Source of the DNA: Candidatus Butyricicoccus stercorigallinarum
GTDB taxonomy: Bacteria; Bacillota; Clostridia; Oscillospirales; Butyricicoccaceae
Direction of reading: 5' to 3'
Assembly (NCBI GenBank): GCA_019112985.1
Contig: DXIG01000120.1
Coordinates: 4,971-68,970, forward strand
Length of the DNA stretch: 64,000 nt
The position numbers were made by a program, and so were the translations under genes. The notes under the pieces are model-generated. The model worked only from the letters and a program-made list of their open reading frames with translations, made no database searches and was not told where the DNA came from. Below, piece after piece: positions 39,746 to 48,155 of this stretch. Positions within the stretch are counted from its first letter, which is position 1; each line of letters starts with the position of its first letter.

Positions 39746-40423
39746 ATGTTCCAACACAAAAAACAGCTGCTGCATCCGGTCGGCGTGGAGCGCCCCAACC
39801 CGCAGTACGCCGTGCTGTTACAGGAGCAGCTGGGCGGCGGCAACGGCGAGCTCAAGGCCGCCATGCAGTATCTCTCGCAGAGTTTTCGCATCAAGGACCA
39901 GAAGATCAAGGATCTGTTTCTGGACATCGCCGCAGAGGAGCTGAGCCATATGGAAATGGTGGCACAGACCATCCATCTGCTCAACGGACACGAGGTGGAC
40001 GCGGCGGCGGTGGGCGCGGGCGAGATCCAGAGCCATGTGATGTTCGGGCTGAATCCGGGGCTGATCAATGCCTCCGGCTGTTCGTGGACGGCCGATTACG
40101 TCACCGTGACCGGCGATCTGTGCGCTGATCTGCTGTCCAACATCGCGTCGGAGCAGCGCGCCAAGGTGATGTACGAATACCTGTACCGGCAGATCGAGGA
40201 CAAAAAGGTGCGCGAGACGATCGACTTCCTGCTCAACCGGGAGGAGGCGCACAACGCGCTGTTCCGCGAGGCGTTCAACCGGGTGCAGGATACCGGCTCC
40301 AACCGGGAGTTTGGCACGACGGAAGACGCCAGGCTGTATTTCAATCTGTCGTCCCCGTCGCCGCGCGGCGGCTTTGCGGATACCAGAACAACGCCGCCGG
40401 CGTTCCACCAGCCCAACGCATAA
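39746..40423 (+). CDS. Manganese catalase family protein (CotJC-like)
   Basis: ATG 7 nt after GGAGGTG. GGGNGELKAAMQYLSQSF and AAEELSHMEMV dimetal-ligand helices. Confidence 0.88.
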   Translation: MFQHKKQLLHPVGVERPNPQYAVLLQEQLGGGNGELKAAMQYLSQSFRIKDQKIKDLFLDIAAEELSHMEMVAQTIHLLNGHEVDAAAVGAGEIQSHVMFGLNPGLINASGCSWTADYVTVTGDLCADLLSNIASEQRAKVMYEYLYRQIEDKKVRETIDFLLNREEAHNALFREAFNRVQDTGSNREFGTTEDARLYFNLSSPSPRGGFADTRTTPPAFHQPNA

Positions 40424-40460
40424 GCGCGGCGGCAGAAATGTCTTTCTGCCGCGGGCGATA

Positions 40461-40494
40461 AAAAGCCGCGGTGCGTCGTGCATCGCGGCTTTTG
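40461..40494 (+). terminator. Intrinsic terminator after the catalase gene
   Basis: AGCCGCG...CGCGGCT followed by TTTG. Confidence 0.55.
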
Positions 40495-40607
40495 TGAGGA
40501 AGCAAATTGCGCGGCGCCCCGGCGGCGGGCTTGCGGCGGACAGGGTTCTTTCCCGCAGGGCACTGTGGAATGCCTACAAATTTTATCCACTTTTTTCAAA
40601 AATCCCC

Positions 40608-40636
40608 TTGACAACGGGGCGGAAATACCGTATGAT
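40608..40636 (+). promoter_or_regulatory. Consensus SigA promoter of the DUF2325-flavodoxin operon
   Basis: TTGACA, 17-nt spacer, TATGAT. Confidence 0.75.
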
Positions 40637-40749
40637 AGCTTTGTAATTAGCGGTGGCTAATTTTGCAAAAGATTTTTGAAAAGCGCGCGGCGGCGCGCCT
40701 GTTTTTGGACAGATAGTTAGCATACGCTAACCGAGAGAAGGAGCGACAG

Positions 40750-41031
40750 ATGAGCGTAGTAATCGTAGGCGGAAACGACTGCATGGTTCGCCGGTACAAA
40801 GACCTCTGTGAGCAGTATCGGTGCCAGGCCAAGGTGTTTACACAGATGAAGGACGGATTGAAAAACAAGATCGGATGTCCCGATCTGCTCGTCCTGTTCA
40901 CCAGCACGATGTCGCACAAAATGGTGCGCTGTGCGCTGAACGAGACGCGGGGACAGAACACCATTGTCGCGCGCTCGCATTCCAGTTCGATGTCCGCGCT
41001 GCGGAACATTTTGGAGGAACATGCGGGCTGA
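40750..41031 (+). CDS. DUF2325 domain protein
   Basis: 93 aa: MSVVIVGGNDCMVRRYKDLC...DLLVLFTSTMSHKMV pattern. Confidence 0.65.
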   Translation: MSVVIVGGNDCMVRRYKDLCEQYRCQAKVFTQMKDGLKNKIGCPDLLVLFTSTMSHKMVRCALNETRGQNTIVARSHSSSMSALRNILEEHAG

Positions 41032-41067
41032 GCGAAATCCATCGGAAAGAAAGGCTGGTACACAAAC

Positions 41068-41493
41068 ATGAGCAAAGTAGCAGTGGTTTATTGGAGCGCT
41101 TCCGGCAATACGGAGGCCATGGCGGGCGCCGTCGCGGCGGGCGCGAAGGAAGCGGGCGCGGAGGCCGAGGTGATTTTCTGCACCTCGTTCGCGCCGGAGC
41201 TGATCGGCCAGTACGACGCCATCGCTTTCGGCTGCCCGGCCATGGGCGCGGAGGTGCTGGAAGAGGCGGAATTTGAGCCGATGTTCGAGTCGTGCAAGGG
41301 ACAGCTGGGCGGCAAGCGTGTCGCGCTGTTCGGCTCCTATGGCTGGGGTACGGGCGACTGGATGCGCAGCTGGGAGCAGTCGTGCGCGGATGCGGGCATT
41401 GCGCTCGCCTGCGACAGCGTGATCTGCAACGAGATGCCGGATGAAGACGGACTTGCGGCGTGCCGCGCGCTCGGCGCTGCGGTGGCGGGATAA
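41068..41493 (+). CDS. Short-chain flavodoxin
   Basis: VAVVYWSASGNTEAMA FMN phosphate-binding loop, GSYGWG. Confidence 0.9.
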   Translation: MSKVAVVYWSASGNTEAMAGAVAAGAKEAGAEAEVIFCTSFAPELIGQYDAIAFGCPAMGAEVLEEAEFEPMFESCKGQLGGKRVALFGSYGWGTGDWMRSWEQSCADAGIALACDSVICNEMPDEDGLAACRALGAAVAG

Positions 41494-41710
41494 CAGACAA
41501 AATCGACAATCAAACCTACACAACAAAGAGGGCTGTCCGCCGGGGACAGCCCTCTTTTGCGTCCGCCCGGCCATCGGGCGGGGCTTGACACGCGGGACAG
41601 ACCGAGTACAATGAAAGGCAGAACTTTGTGCGCAAATGTGGGGGGAGAACGCCGCATTTGCGCCGAAATCCGTCTGCCAGACATGGCCGCAGAGAACAGA
41701 AGGGTGCGTT

Positions 41711-43099
41711 ATGGAAAACAAAAATCAGTTTTTGGAAACCGAACCGATCGGGAAGCTGCTGGTCCGGCTGGCTGTGCCGACCGTCGCCGCGCAGATCATC
41801 AACATGCTGTACAACATCGTCGACCGCGTGTACATCGGGCACATTCCGGGCGACGGCGCGCTCGCGCTGACCGGCGTGGGTCTGTGCATGCCGCTCATCA
41901 TGGTCGTCTCCGCGTTCGCCGCGCTCGTCAGCAGCGGCGGCGCGCCCCGCGCCTCCATTTTCATGGGGCAGAAGGACAACGAGCGGGCGGAGCAGACGCT
42001 GGGCAACTGCTTCAGCATGCAGGTGCTCTGTTCGATTGTGCTGACCGTCGGGATGCTGTGTTGGAACCGCGATCTGCTGATGGCGTTCGGCGCGAGCGAG
42101 AACACAATCGGCTTCGCGCTGGATTACATGAATCTCTATGCGCTGGGCACGATTTTTGTCCAGCTGACGCTCGGCATGAACGCCTTTATCACGGCGCAGG
42201 GCTTCGCGCGCACCGGCATGCTGTCCGTGGCCATCGGCGCGGTGTGCAACATCATCCTCGACCCGATCTTTATTTTTGCCTTTGACATGGGCGTGCGCGG
42301 CGCGGCGCTGGCCACCGTCCTGTCCCAGTTTGCGTCCTGCGTGTGGACGCTGTCCTTTCTGTTCGGCAAAAAGACCATTTTGCGCATTCGCCTGCGGCAC
42401 ATGGCGCCCCGGCTGTCCGTCTTCCTGCCCTGTCTGGCGCTCGGCTCGGCGACCTTTATCATGCAGGCGAGCGAAAGCGTCATCTCGGTCTGCTTCAATT
42501 CCTCGCTGCTCCGGTACGGAGGTGACATTGCCGTCGGCGCGATGACGATTCTCACGAGCGTCATGCAGTTTGCGATGCTGCCGCTTCAGGGCTTGGGGCA
42601 GGGCGCGCAGCCGATCAGCAGCTATAATTTCGGCGCGCGCAACAGCGCCCGCGTCAAGCAGACGTTCTGGCTGCTGCTGCGCGTCAGCCTGACCTATTCG
42701 GTGGTGCTGTGGGCGTGCATCATGCTGTTCCCGCAGCTCTTTGCGGGGATGTTCACCGCGGACGCCGCGCTGCTGGCGTTCACCCGGTCGGCGCTGCGCA
42801 TCTATGCCGCGTCCCTGTTCCTGTTCGGCATTCAGATCGCCTGCCAGATGACGTTTACTGCGCTGGGAAAGGCGGGATCTTCGATCGTCGTCGCGGTGAC
42901 GCGGAAGTTCATCCTGCTGCTCCCGCTGATCTATCTCCTGCCGCGCCTGCTGCCGGACGACCCCACGCGGGCGGTTTATCTGGCGGAGCCCATTGCGGAC
43001 GCCATCGCCGTCACGTTCACGGCCGTGTTGTTTTTCTTCCGCTTCCGGGAGGCCATCGCCTCGATTTCCGGCGCGAAAGCGGGCGAGCGGCGCGCGTGA
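41711..43099 (+). CDS. MATE family efflux transporter
   Basis: Start MENKNQFLETEPIGKLLVRLAVPT. 12 TM segments. FGARN-type loop. Confidence 0.88.
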   Translation: MENKNQFLETEPIGKLLVRLAVPTVAAQIINMLYNIVDRVYIGHIPGDGALALTGVGLCMPLIMVVSAFAALVSSGGAPRASIFMGQKDNERAEQTLGNCFSMQVLCSIVLTVGMLCWNRDLLMAFGASENTIGFALDYMNLYALGTIFVQLTLGMNAFITAQGFARTGMLSVAIGAVCNIILDPIFIFAFDMGVRGAALATVLSQFASCVWTLSFLFGKKTILRIRLRHMAPRLSVFLPCLALGSATFIMQASESVISVCFNSSLLRYGGDIAVGAMTILTSVMQFAMLPLQGLGQGAQPISSYNFGARNSARVKQTFWLLLRVSLTYSVVLWACIMLFPQLFAGMFTADAALLAFTRSALRIYAASLFLFGIQIACQMTFTALGKAGSSIVVAVTRKFILLLPLIYLLPRLLPDDPTRAVYLAEPIADAIAVTFTAVLFFFRFREAIASISGAKAGERRA

Positions 43100-43104
43100 C
43101 TGGC

Positions 43105-44439
43105 TCAGCGCCGGTTGCTGCGCCGCCAGATGCGCTGCTGCTCGGCGGCGCGAATCAGCCGTTCGCGGAAATCCGGGTGCGCCAGCGAGATGAGCAGCTC
43201 CGCGCGCTCCCAGGTGGAGCGCCCCTCCATGTTGGCGACGCCGTATTCCGTCGCCAGATAGTAGACCTGTGAGCGGGGAGAGGTGATGATCTCTCCGTTG
43301 AAGTGGGGCAGCACGCGCGAATGGCGCACCCCCTTTTTGTCGCAGTACGTCGAGCTCATGCAGATGAAGGCTTTTCCGCCGCGCGAGGCGGAGGCGCCGA
43401 TCAGGAAGTCCAGCTGTCCGCCCGTGCCGCTGATGTGGCGCATGCCGGACGTTTCGGACGAGACCTGTCCGAACAGATCGACGGCCAGACAGCTGTTGAT
43501 GGAAACCATGTTGTCGATTTGCTCGATGACGGTCGGGCTGTTGACATACTCCAGCGGATAGGCGGCGACCGAGGGATTTTCGTCGATCCACTCGTACAGC
43601 GCGCGCGAGCCGATGGCGACGCCGAGCACGCTCTTACCGCGGTTGATGGTCTTGTATTTGTTGGTCAGCTTGCCCGCGTTGTGCAGCTCCAGATAGGCGT
43701 CGGAGCACAGCTCGGTGTGCATGCCGAGATCCTGGAGGTCGGATTGGGCGAGCAGCTGCCCGACGGCATGGGGCAGGCTGCCGATGCCGAGCTGTAAGGT
43801 GATGCCGTCGCTCAGATAGGGCATGAGGTTGGCGGCGATGCGCCGGTCGATCCCCGTGGGAACCGGCGCCGTGCGTTCCGGAAACGCTTCGTGTTCGCCC
43901 TCGACGATATAGTCGACCTCGGAGATGTGGATGCATTCGTCGTAGCCGCCGTACAGCTTGGGGAGATGGGGATTGATTTCGAGGATGACGAGATCGGCTT
44001 TGCGCAAAATCTGCGCGCACACGCCGGTCGAGGTGGAAAAGTTGAAAAAGCCGTGCTTGTCCATCGGCGTCACACTCATCATCGCCACATTGACGTCGAG
44101 AAAGTGTTTGTAGTAGGCGGAATTGTTGTGGAAGACCATGGGGATAAAATAACACAGCCCCCGGTCGCACAGACTGCGCTCGTAGGTCGAGCAGTGCCAC
44201 GAATTGTAGGTGAAATGCTCCTGCGAAGGGTCGCACTCCGCCACTTCGATCGGCCCGTCGATCAGGTTGCCGCGGATCTTGACGTCGAACAGCTCATCCC
44301 GCCGCCTGGCGAGCGCCTGGTCGAGGAGAACCGGCTTGCCGAGCGAGGTCGTGTAATCGATCCAGTCGCCGCTCTTGACGGCGCGGACGGCCTCCTCCGC
44401 CGTGCGCAGCTTGCTTCTGTATTCTGTAAAGATACTCAT
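43105..44439 (-). CDS. Acetyl-CoA hydrolase/transferase family enzyme, butyryl-CoA:acetate CoA-transferase-like
   Basis: Start MSIFTEYRSKL after GAGGA. ISGTGGQLDF, LQLGIGSLPHAVG and a HPDFRERLIRAAEQQRIWRRSN tail resemble But-type CoA-transferases from memory. Confidence 0.85.
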   Translation of the reverse strand: MSIFTEYRSKLRTAEEAVRAVKSGDWIDYTTSLGKPVLLDQALARRRDELFDVKIRGNLIDGPIEVAECDPSQEHFTYNSWHCSTYERSLCDRGLCYFIPMVFHNNSAYYKHFLDVNVAMMSVTPMDKHGFFNFSTSTGVCAQILRKADLVILEINPHLPKLYGGYDECIHISEVDYIVEGEHEAFPERTAPVPTGIDRRIAANLMPYLSDGITLQLGIGSLPHAVGQLLAQSDLQDLGMHTELCSDAYLELHNAGKLTNKYKTINRGKSVLGVAIGSRALYEWIDENPSVAAYPLEYVNSPTVIEQIDNMVSINSCLAVDLFGQVSSETSGMRHISGTGGQLDFLIGASASRGGKAFICMSSTYCDKKGVRHSRVLPHFNGEIITSPRSQVYYLATEYGVANMEGRSTWERAELLISLAHPDFRERLIRAAEQQRIWRRSNRR

Positions 44440-44590
44440 GACGTTGTCCTCATTTGCCGTGCCTGTGATTTGCGTGTGAGAGATCGCTTGGTTATAGTTT
44501 AACACAGTGCGGGAAAAAAACAAGAGGATAGCTGCCGCTGCCGCGCGGCACAAAATTTCCGAAAAAAGCACGGAATTTTGAAAAAAACAG

Positions 44591-44619
44591 TTGACAGAAT
44601 CGCGCGCCTGTGGTAAATT
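44591..44619 (+). promoter_or_regulatory. SigA promoter of tRNA-Ala
   Basis: TTGACA, 17-nt spacer, TAAATT, then ATTATCGTTG. Confidence 0.7.
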
Positions 44620-44659
44620 ATTATCGTTGGTTTGAACAGAATATCGACACATCCGATCT

Positions 44660-44735
<76 letters not shown>

Positions 44736-44741
44736 GAAAAA

Positions 44742-44773
44742 AGCCTTGTTTCGCAAGAAACAGGGCTTTTTCT
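44742..44773 (+). terminator. Terminator after tRNA-Ala
   Basis: AGCCTTGTTTC-GCAA-GAAACAGGGCT followed by TTTTTC. Confidence 0.75.
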
Positions 44774-44789
44774 TTGTTCTTTTTTGCAT

Positions 44790-44925
44790 TTATTTTTTCT
44801 GACGACAGTTTGACGACATATTTTTTCGTTTAACTCCGCCCGGAGCGCTTCTGTGTCCGGGTGGACATAAGTCTTGGATGTGACTTTGATATCCCGATGA
44901 CCCAACAATTTGAAGAGAATTTTGC
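44790..44925 (-). pseudogene. Tyrosine recombinase (phage-type integrase) C-terminal fragment
   Basis: KILFKLLGHRDIKVTSKTYVHPDTEALRAELNEKI matches the LGH-x-x-I-x-x-T-x-x-Y-x-H catalytic-Tyr tail. No upstream catalytic R/H-x-x-R region. It lies adjacent to the tRNA 3' end. Confidence 0.6.
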
Positions 44926-44987
44926 CGTCGGGAGGGGATGAGATGAGCGACAGCCAGGCAGAGCACAGCCGCCCGCCCTCTCGACGC

Positions 44988-45026
44988 AAAAAACCCCGGT
45001 TTCCGCAGGGGTTGCGGAAACCGGGG
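44988..45026 (-). terminator. Terminator of the P-type ATPase gene
   Basis: On the minus strand: CCCCGGTTTCCGCA...TGCGGAAACCGGGG followed by TTTTTT. Confidence 0.8.
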
Positions 45027-45043
45027 CAGAGCGATCGACGAAA

Positions 45044-47659
45044 TCAGTGCTGATGCTTGATCAGACCGAGCGCCTTGGAGAACTCCATCGGCAGGATGGG
45101 GAACAGGATCAGGCCGACGCCGACGAGATACAGCGGCGCGGACAGGCGGATCAGTCCGAACGGACCGGCCAGCGGCGTGAACATGATGAGGATGACAAGC
45201 GCGGTGGAGACCAGCGCAGCCTTGTTCAGGTTCGGATTGCTGAACGGGCCGATGCGGAACAGCGAGTGCTCCGAACGCATGTTGAACGACTGTACGACCT
45301 GCGAGAGTGCCATGACGAAGAACGCGAGCGTCTGTCCGCCGGCGAGCTCGCCGGTGACCGTCTGGCCGATATAGAACGCGGCCAGGCACAGCGCGCCGAA
45401 CATCACGCCCTGCAGCACGGTGCGCACACCGAAGCCGTGCGCGAACATGCTCTCGTTCTTCGGGCGCGGATTGCGATCCATGACGTCTGCTTCGACCTTT
45501 TCCATACCGAGCGCGATGGCCGGCAGGCTGTCCGTGACCAGGTTGATCCACAGCAGCTGCATGGACAGCAGCGGCGATTTGTGCCACAGCAGCATGGCGA
45601 AAAAGACAGAGAAGACTTCGCCGATGTTGGTGCCGAGCAGGTAACCGACGACCTTCTTGATGTTGGCGTAGATGCCGCGTCCCTCGCGCACCGCGTCGAC
45701 GATGGTGGCGAAGTTGTCGTCCGTCAGCGTGATGTCCGCCGCACCCTTGGCGACATCCGTGCCGGTGATGCCCATGGCGCAGCCGATGTCGGCGGCCTTG
45801 AGCGCCGGCGCGTCGTTGACGCCGTCGCCCGTCATGGAGACGATCTGATCCTTGCGCTGCCAGGCCTTGACAATGCGGATCTTGTTTTCCGGGGAAACGC
45901 GCGCGTAGACGGAGATGCGCTCGACCTGTGCATCCAGCTCGGTCTCGCTCATGGCGTCCAGCTCGGTGCCGGTGACGGCGCGGTCGCCGTCACGGAAGAT
46001 GCCCAGCTCGCGCGCGATGGCGGTCGCAGTGACGACGTGGTCGCCGGTGATCATGACCGGCTTGATGCCGGCGCGGCGGCAGACGCTGACGGCCTGCTTG
46101 GCCTCCGGGCGCGGCGGGTCGATCATGCCGACCAGACCCAGGAAGGTCAGGTCATTTTCCAGCAGCTCCGGCGTCGGATTTTCCGGAACGCGGTCGATTT
46201 CCTTGTACGCGACGGCGAGCACGCGCAGCGCGTCGGCGCTGAGCCGCTCGGTCATCTGCTGGGCGGACGACAGGTCGCCGGCGATGCAGCGCGACGCCAT
46301 GACGTCGAACGCGCCCTTGACAATGACGATGAGCTTGCCGTCGATCTGGTTGATTGTGCTCATGCACTTGCGGTCGGAGTCGAACGGAATTTCCGCCAGA
46401 CGCGGATAGGTCTGGTTCAGCTCATCCTTCGGCATGCCGTTTTTGTGCGCGGCGACGATGATGGCGGTCTCTGTCGGGTCGCCGATGTGCTGCTCCTCGC
46501 CGTTTTCAAAGCTGACGGAGCCGTCGCAGCACAGCGTGCCGTATTGCAGCAGATGCCGGATGGCGTCGGAGTTGTGCGCAGAGATGTCCTCCGGCGCGTC
46601 CGTGCCGCCCATCCACGCCTTGACGAGCGTCATGCGGTTCTGGGTCAGCGTGCCGGTCTTATCCGAGCAGATGATGGAGGCGCTGCCCAGTGTCTCGACG
46701 GCGGGCAGACGGCGGATGATGGCGTTGCGCTTGACCATGCGCTGGACGCCGATGGACAGCACGATGGTGACGATGGCCGGGAGACCCTCCGGGATGGCGG
46801 AGACGGCCAGCGAAACGGCGGTCATGAAGATCTCCATGGTCGGGATGCCGTTGAGCAGGCCGACGACGAAGATGATCGCACAGGCGGCGAGGGCGAGGAA
46901 GCCCAGGTATTTGCCCAGCTGCGCCAGCTTCTGCTGGAGCGGGGTCATGCTCTCCTCCTCGGCGTCGAGCAGGTTGGCGATTTTGCCCATCTCGGTGTTC
47001 ATGCCGGTTCCGGTGACAATCGCGGTCGCCGTACCGTAGGTGACGCTGCACCCGGAGAACACCATGTTGATGCGGTCGCCCAGCGGCGCGTCCGCCGGGA
47101 TGACCTCGTCCGCGCTCTTTTCCGACGGAACCGATTCGCCCGTCAGCGCGGATTCCTCACTCTTGAGGCTGGCGCTCTGCACGAGGCGCGCATCCGCCGG
47201 AATGAAGTCGCCCGCTTCCAGGCGGATGATGTCGCCCGGCACGAGCTCGCTCGCGTCGATGACCGATTCCTTGCCGTCGCGAATGACGCGGGCGTGTGGT
47301 GCGGAGAGATTTTTGAGCGCTTCCAGAGCTTTTTCCGCCTTGCTCTCCTGAATCACACCCATAATCGCGTTGAGCACAACGATGAGCAGAATCAGGCCGG
47401 ATTCAAAGAACCCTTCCGGGTCGCCCTCGATGCAGGCGAGACCGAAGGAAATCACGGCTGCGGCAATCAGAATCAGGATCATTGCGTCCTTGAACTGATC
47501 GGCAAACCGGCGCAGCATGCTTTTCTTTTTCTTGCCGCGCAGCCGGTTCGGTCCGTACTGCTGTTGTCTCTGTGTGACCTGGGCGCTGCTCAGGCCGTTG
47601 GACAAGTCGGATTCAAGCGATTGAATGACGACTTCGCCCGTTGATTCGTGAAAGATCAT
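45044..47659 (-). CDS. Cation (Ca2+-type, P2) transporting P-type ATPase
   Basis: Start MIFHESTGEV after AGGAGG. CSDKTGTLTQN phosphorylation motif, TGDHV, MTGDGVNDAPALK. Confidence 0.92.
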   Translation of the reverse strand: MIFHESTGEVVIQSLESDLSNGLSSAQVTQRQQQYGPNRLRGKKKKSMLRRFADQFKDAMILILIAAAVISFGLACIEGDPEGFFESGLILLIVVLNAIMGVIQESKAEKALEALKNLSAPHARVIRDGKESVIDASELVPGDIIRLEAGDFIPADARLVQSASLKSEESALTGESVPSEKSADEVIPADAPLGDRINMVFSGCSVTYGTATAIVTGTGMNTEMGKIANLLDAEEESMTPLQQKLAQLGKYLGFLALAACAIIFVVGLLNGIPTMEIFMTAVSLAVSAIPEGLPAIVTIVLSIGVQRMVKRNAIIRRLPAVETLGSASIICSDKTGTLTQNRMTLVKAWMGGTDAPEDISAHNSDAIRHLLQYGTLCCDGSVSFENGEEQHIGDPTETAIIVAAHKNGMPKDELNQTYPRLAEIPFDSDRKCMSTINQIDGKLIVIVKGAFDVMASRCIAGDLSSAQQMTERLSADALRVLAVAYKEIDRVPENPTPELLENDLTFLGLVGMIDPPRPEAKQAVSVCRRAGIKPVMITGDHVVTATAIARELGIFRDGDRAVTGTELDAMSETELDAQVERISVYARVSPENKIRIVKAWQRKDQIVSMTGDGVNDAPALKAADIGCAMGITGTDVAKGAADITLTDDNFATIVDAVREGRGIYANIKKVVGYLLGTNIGEVFSVFFAMLLWHKSPLLSMQLLWINLVTDSLPAIALGMEKVEADVMDRNPRPKNESMFAHGFGVRTVLQGVMFGALCLAAFYIGQTVTGELAGGQTLAFFVMALSQVVQSFNMRSEHSLFRIGPFSNPNLNKAALVSTALVILIMFTPLAGPFGLIRLSAPLYLVGVGLILFPILPMEFSKALGLIKHQH

Positions 47660-48020
47660 GGCACGTCCTCCTTGTTTGGTAATCCTATGGATAGTATACC
47701 AGAATTGCAAAAGCATTGCATTCTCAATTGTGCACGAAAAGAGAAAAGATTTTATCCCGTACACAACCCGGCAATGTTTTGGAGAAAATATTATACATGA
47801 TTGGAATGTAAAGTTCATCCACATTTCCGCTTTAGTTGTGTTAAAGATGCAGCCGCGCGGCCGGGCGGGAAAACGGCCGCGGACGGGGACAGTACCTGCA
47901 AGATGTACAAAAATTACCCCGGATGCTGCCGGAGGGAGACGAAAATGCGAGGGGAAGCGGAGGGAAAACGCAAAAAAAGTGGAAATTTTCGGGAAACGGC
48001 AGCAATTCCGCGCTTTTTGA

Positions 48021-48049
48021 TTGAAGAATTGAAAAAGATATCATATAAT
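48021..48049 (+). promoter_or_regulatory. SigA-type promoter of the aconitase gene
   Basis: TTGAAG, 17-nt spacer, TATAAT. Confidence 0.6.
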
Positions 48050-48155
48050 ATTTCTGAAGATCGTGCGGGAGACGGGCGGACGCGCGCCGCCGCGCGGTCA
48101 GAGTATTCGGATAACGATGACGAATCGATCACGAATCCAGAAGGGAGCAAATCAA

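Noticed and set aside
45047-47644. Very long ORFs opposite or out of frame to recognised genes. Examples: 45047..47644 (+, 865 aa), 4824..6737, 8257..9264, 12502..14007, 15198..16625, 17706..19286, 19313..20908, 29001..30419, 30209..31813, 32414..34330, 35770..37491, 38479..40068, 41516..43591, 48165..50573, 51938..53293, 58428..59807, 60320..61816.
   Set aside because: Their products are Arg/Ala/Gly/His-rich and low in complexity, with no recognisable motifs. Each overlaps a gene with clear family signatures on the other strand or frame. These are typical shadow ORFs of GC-rich DNA.
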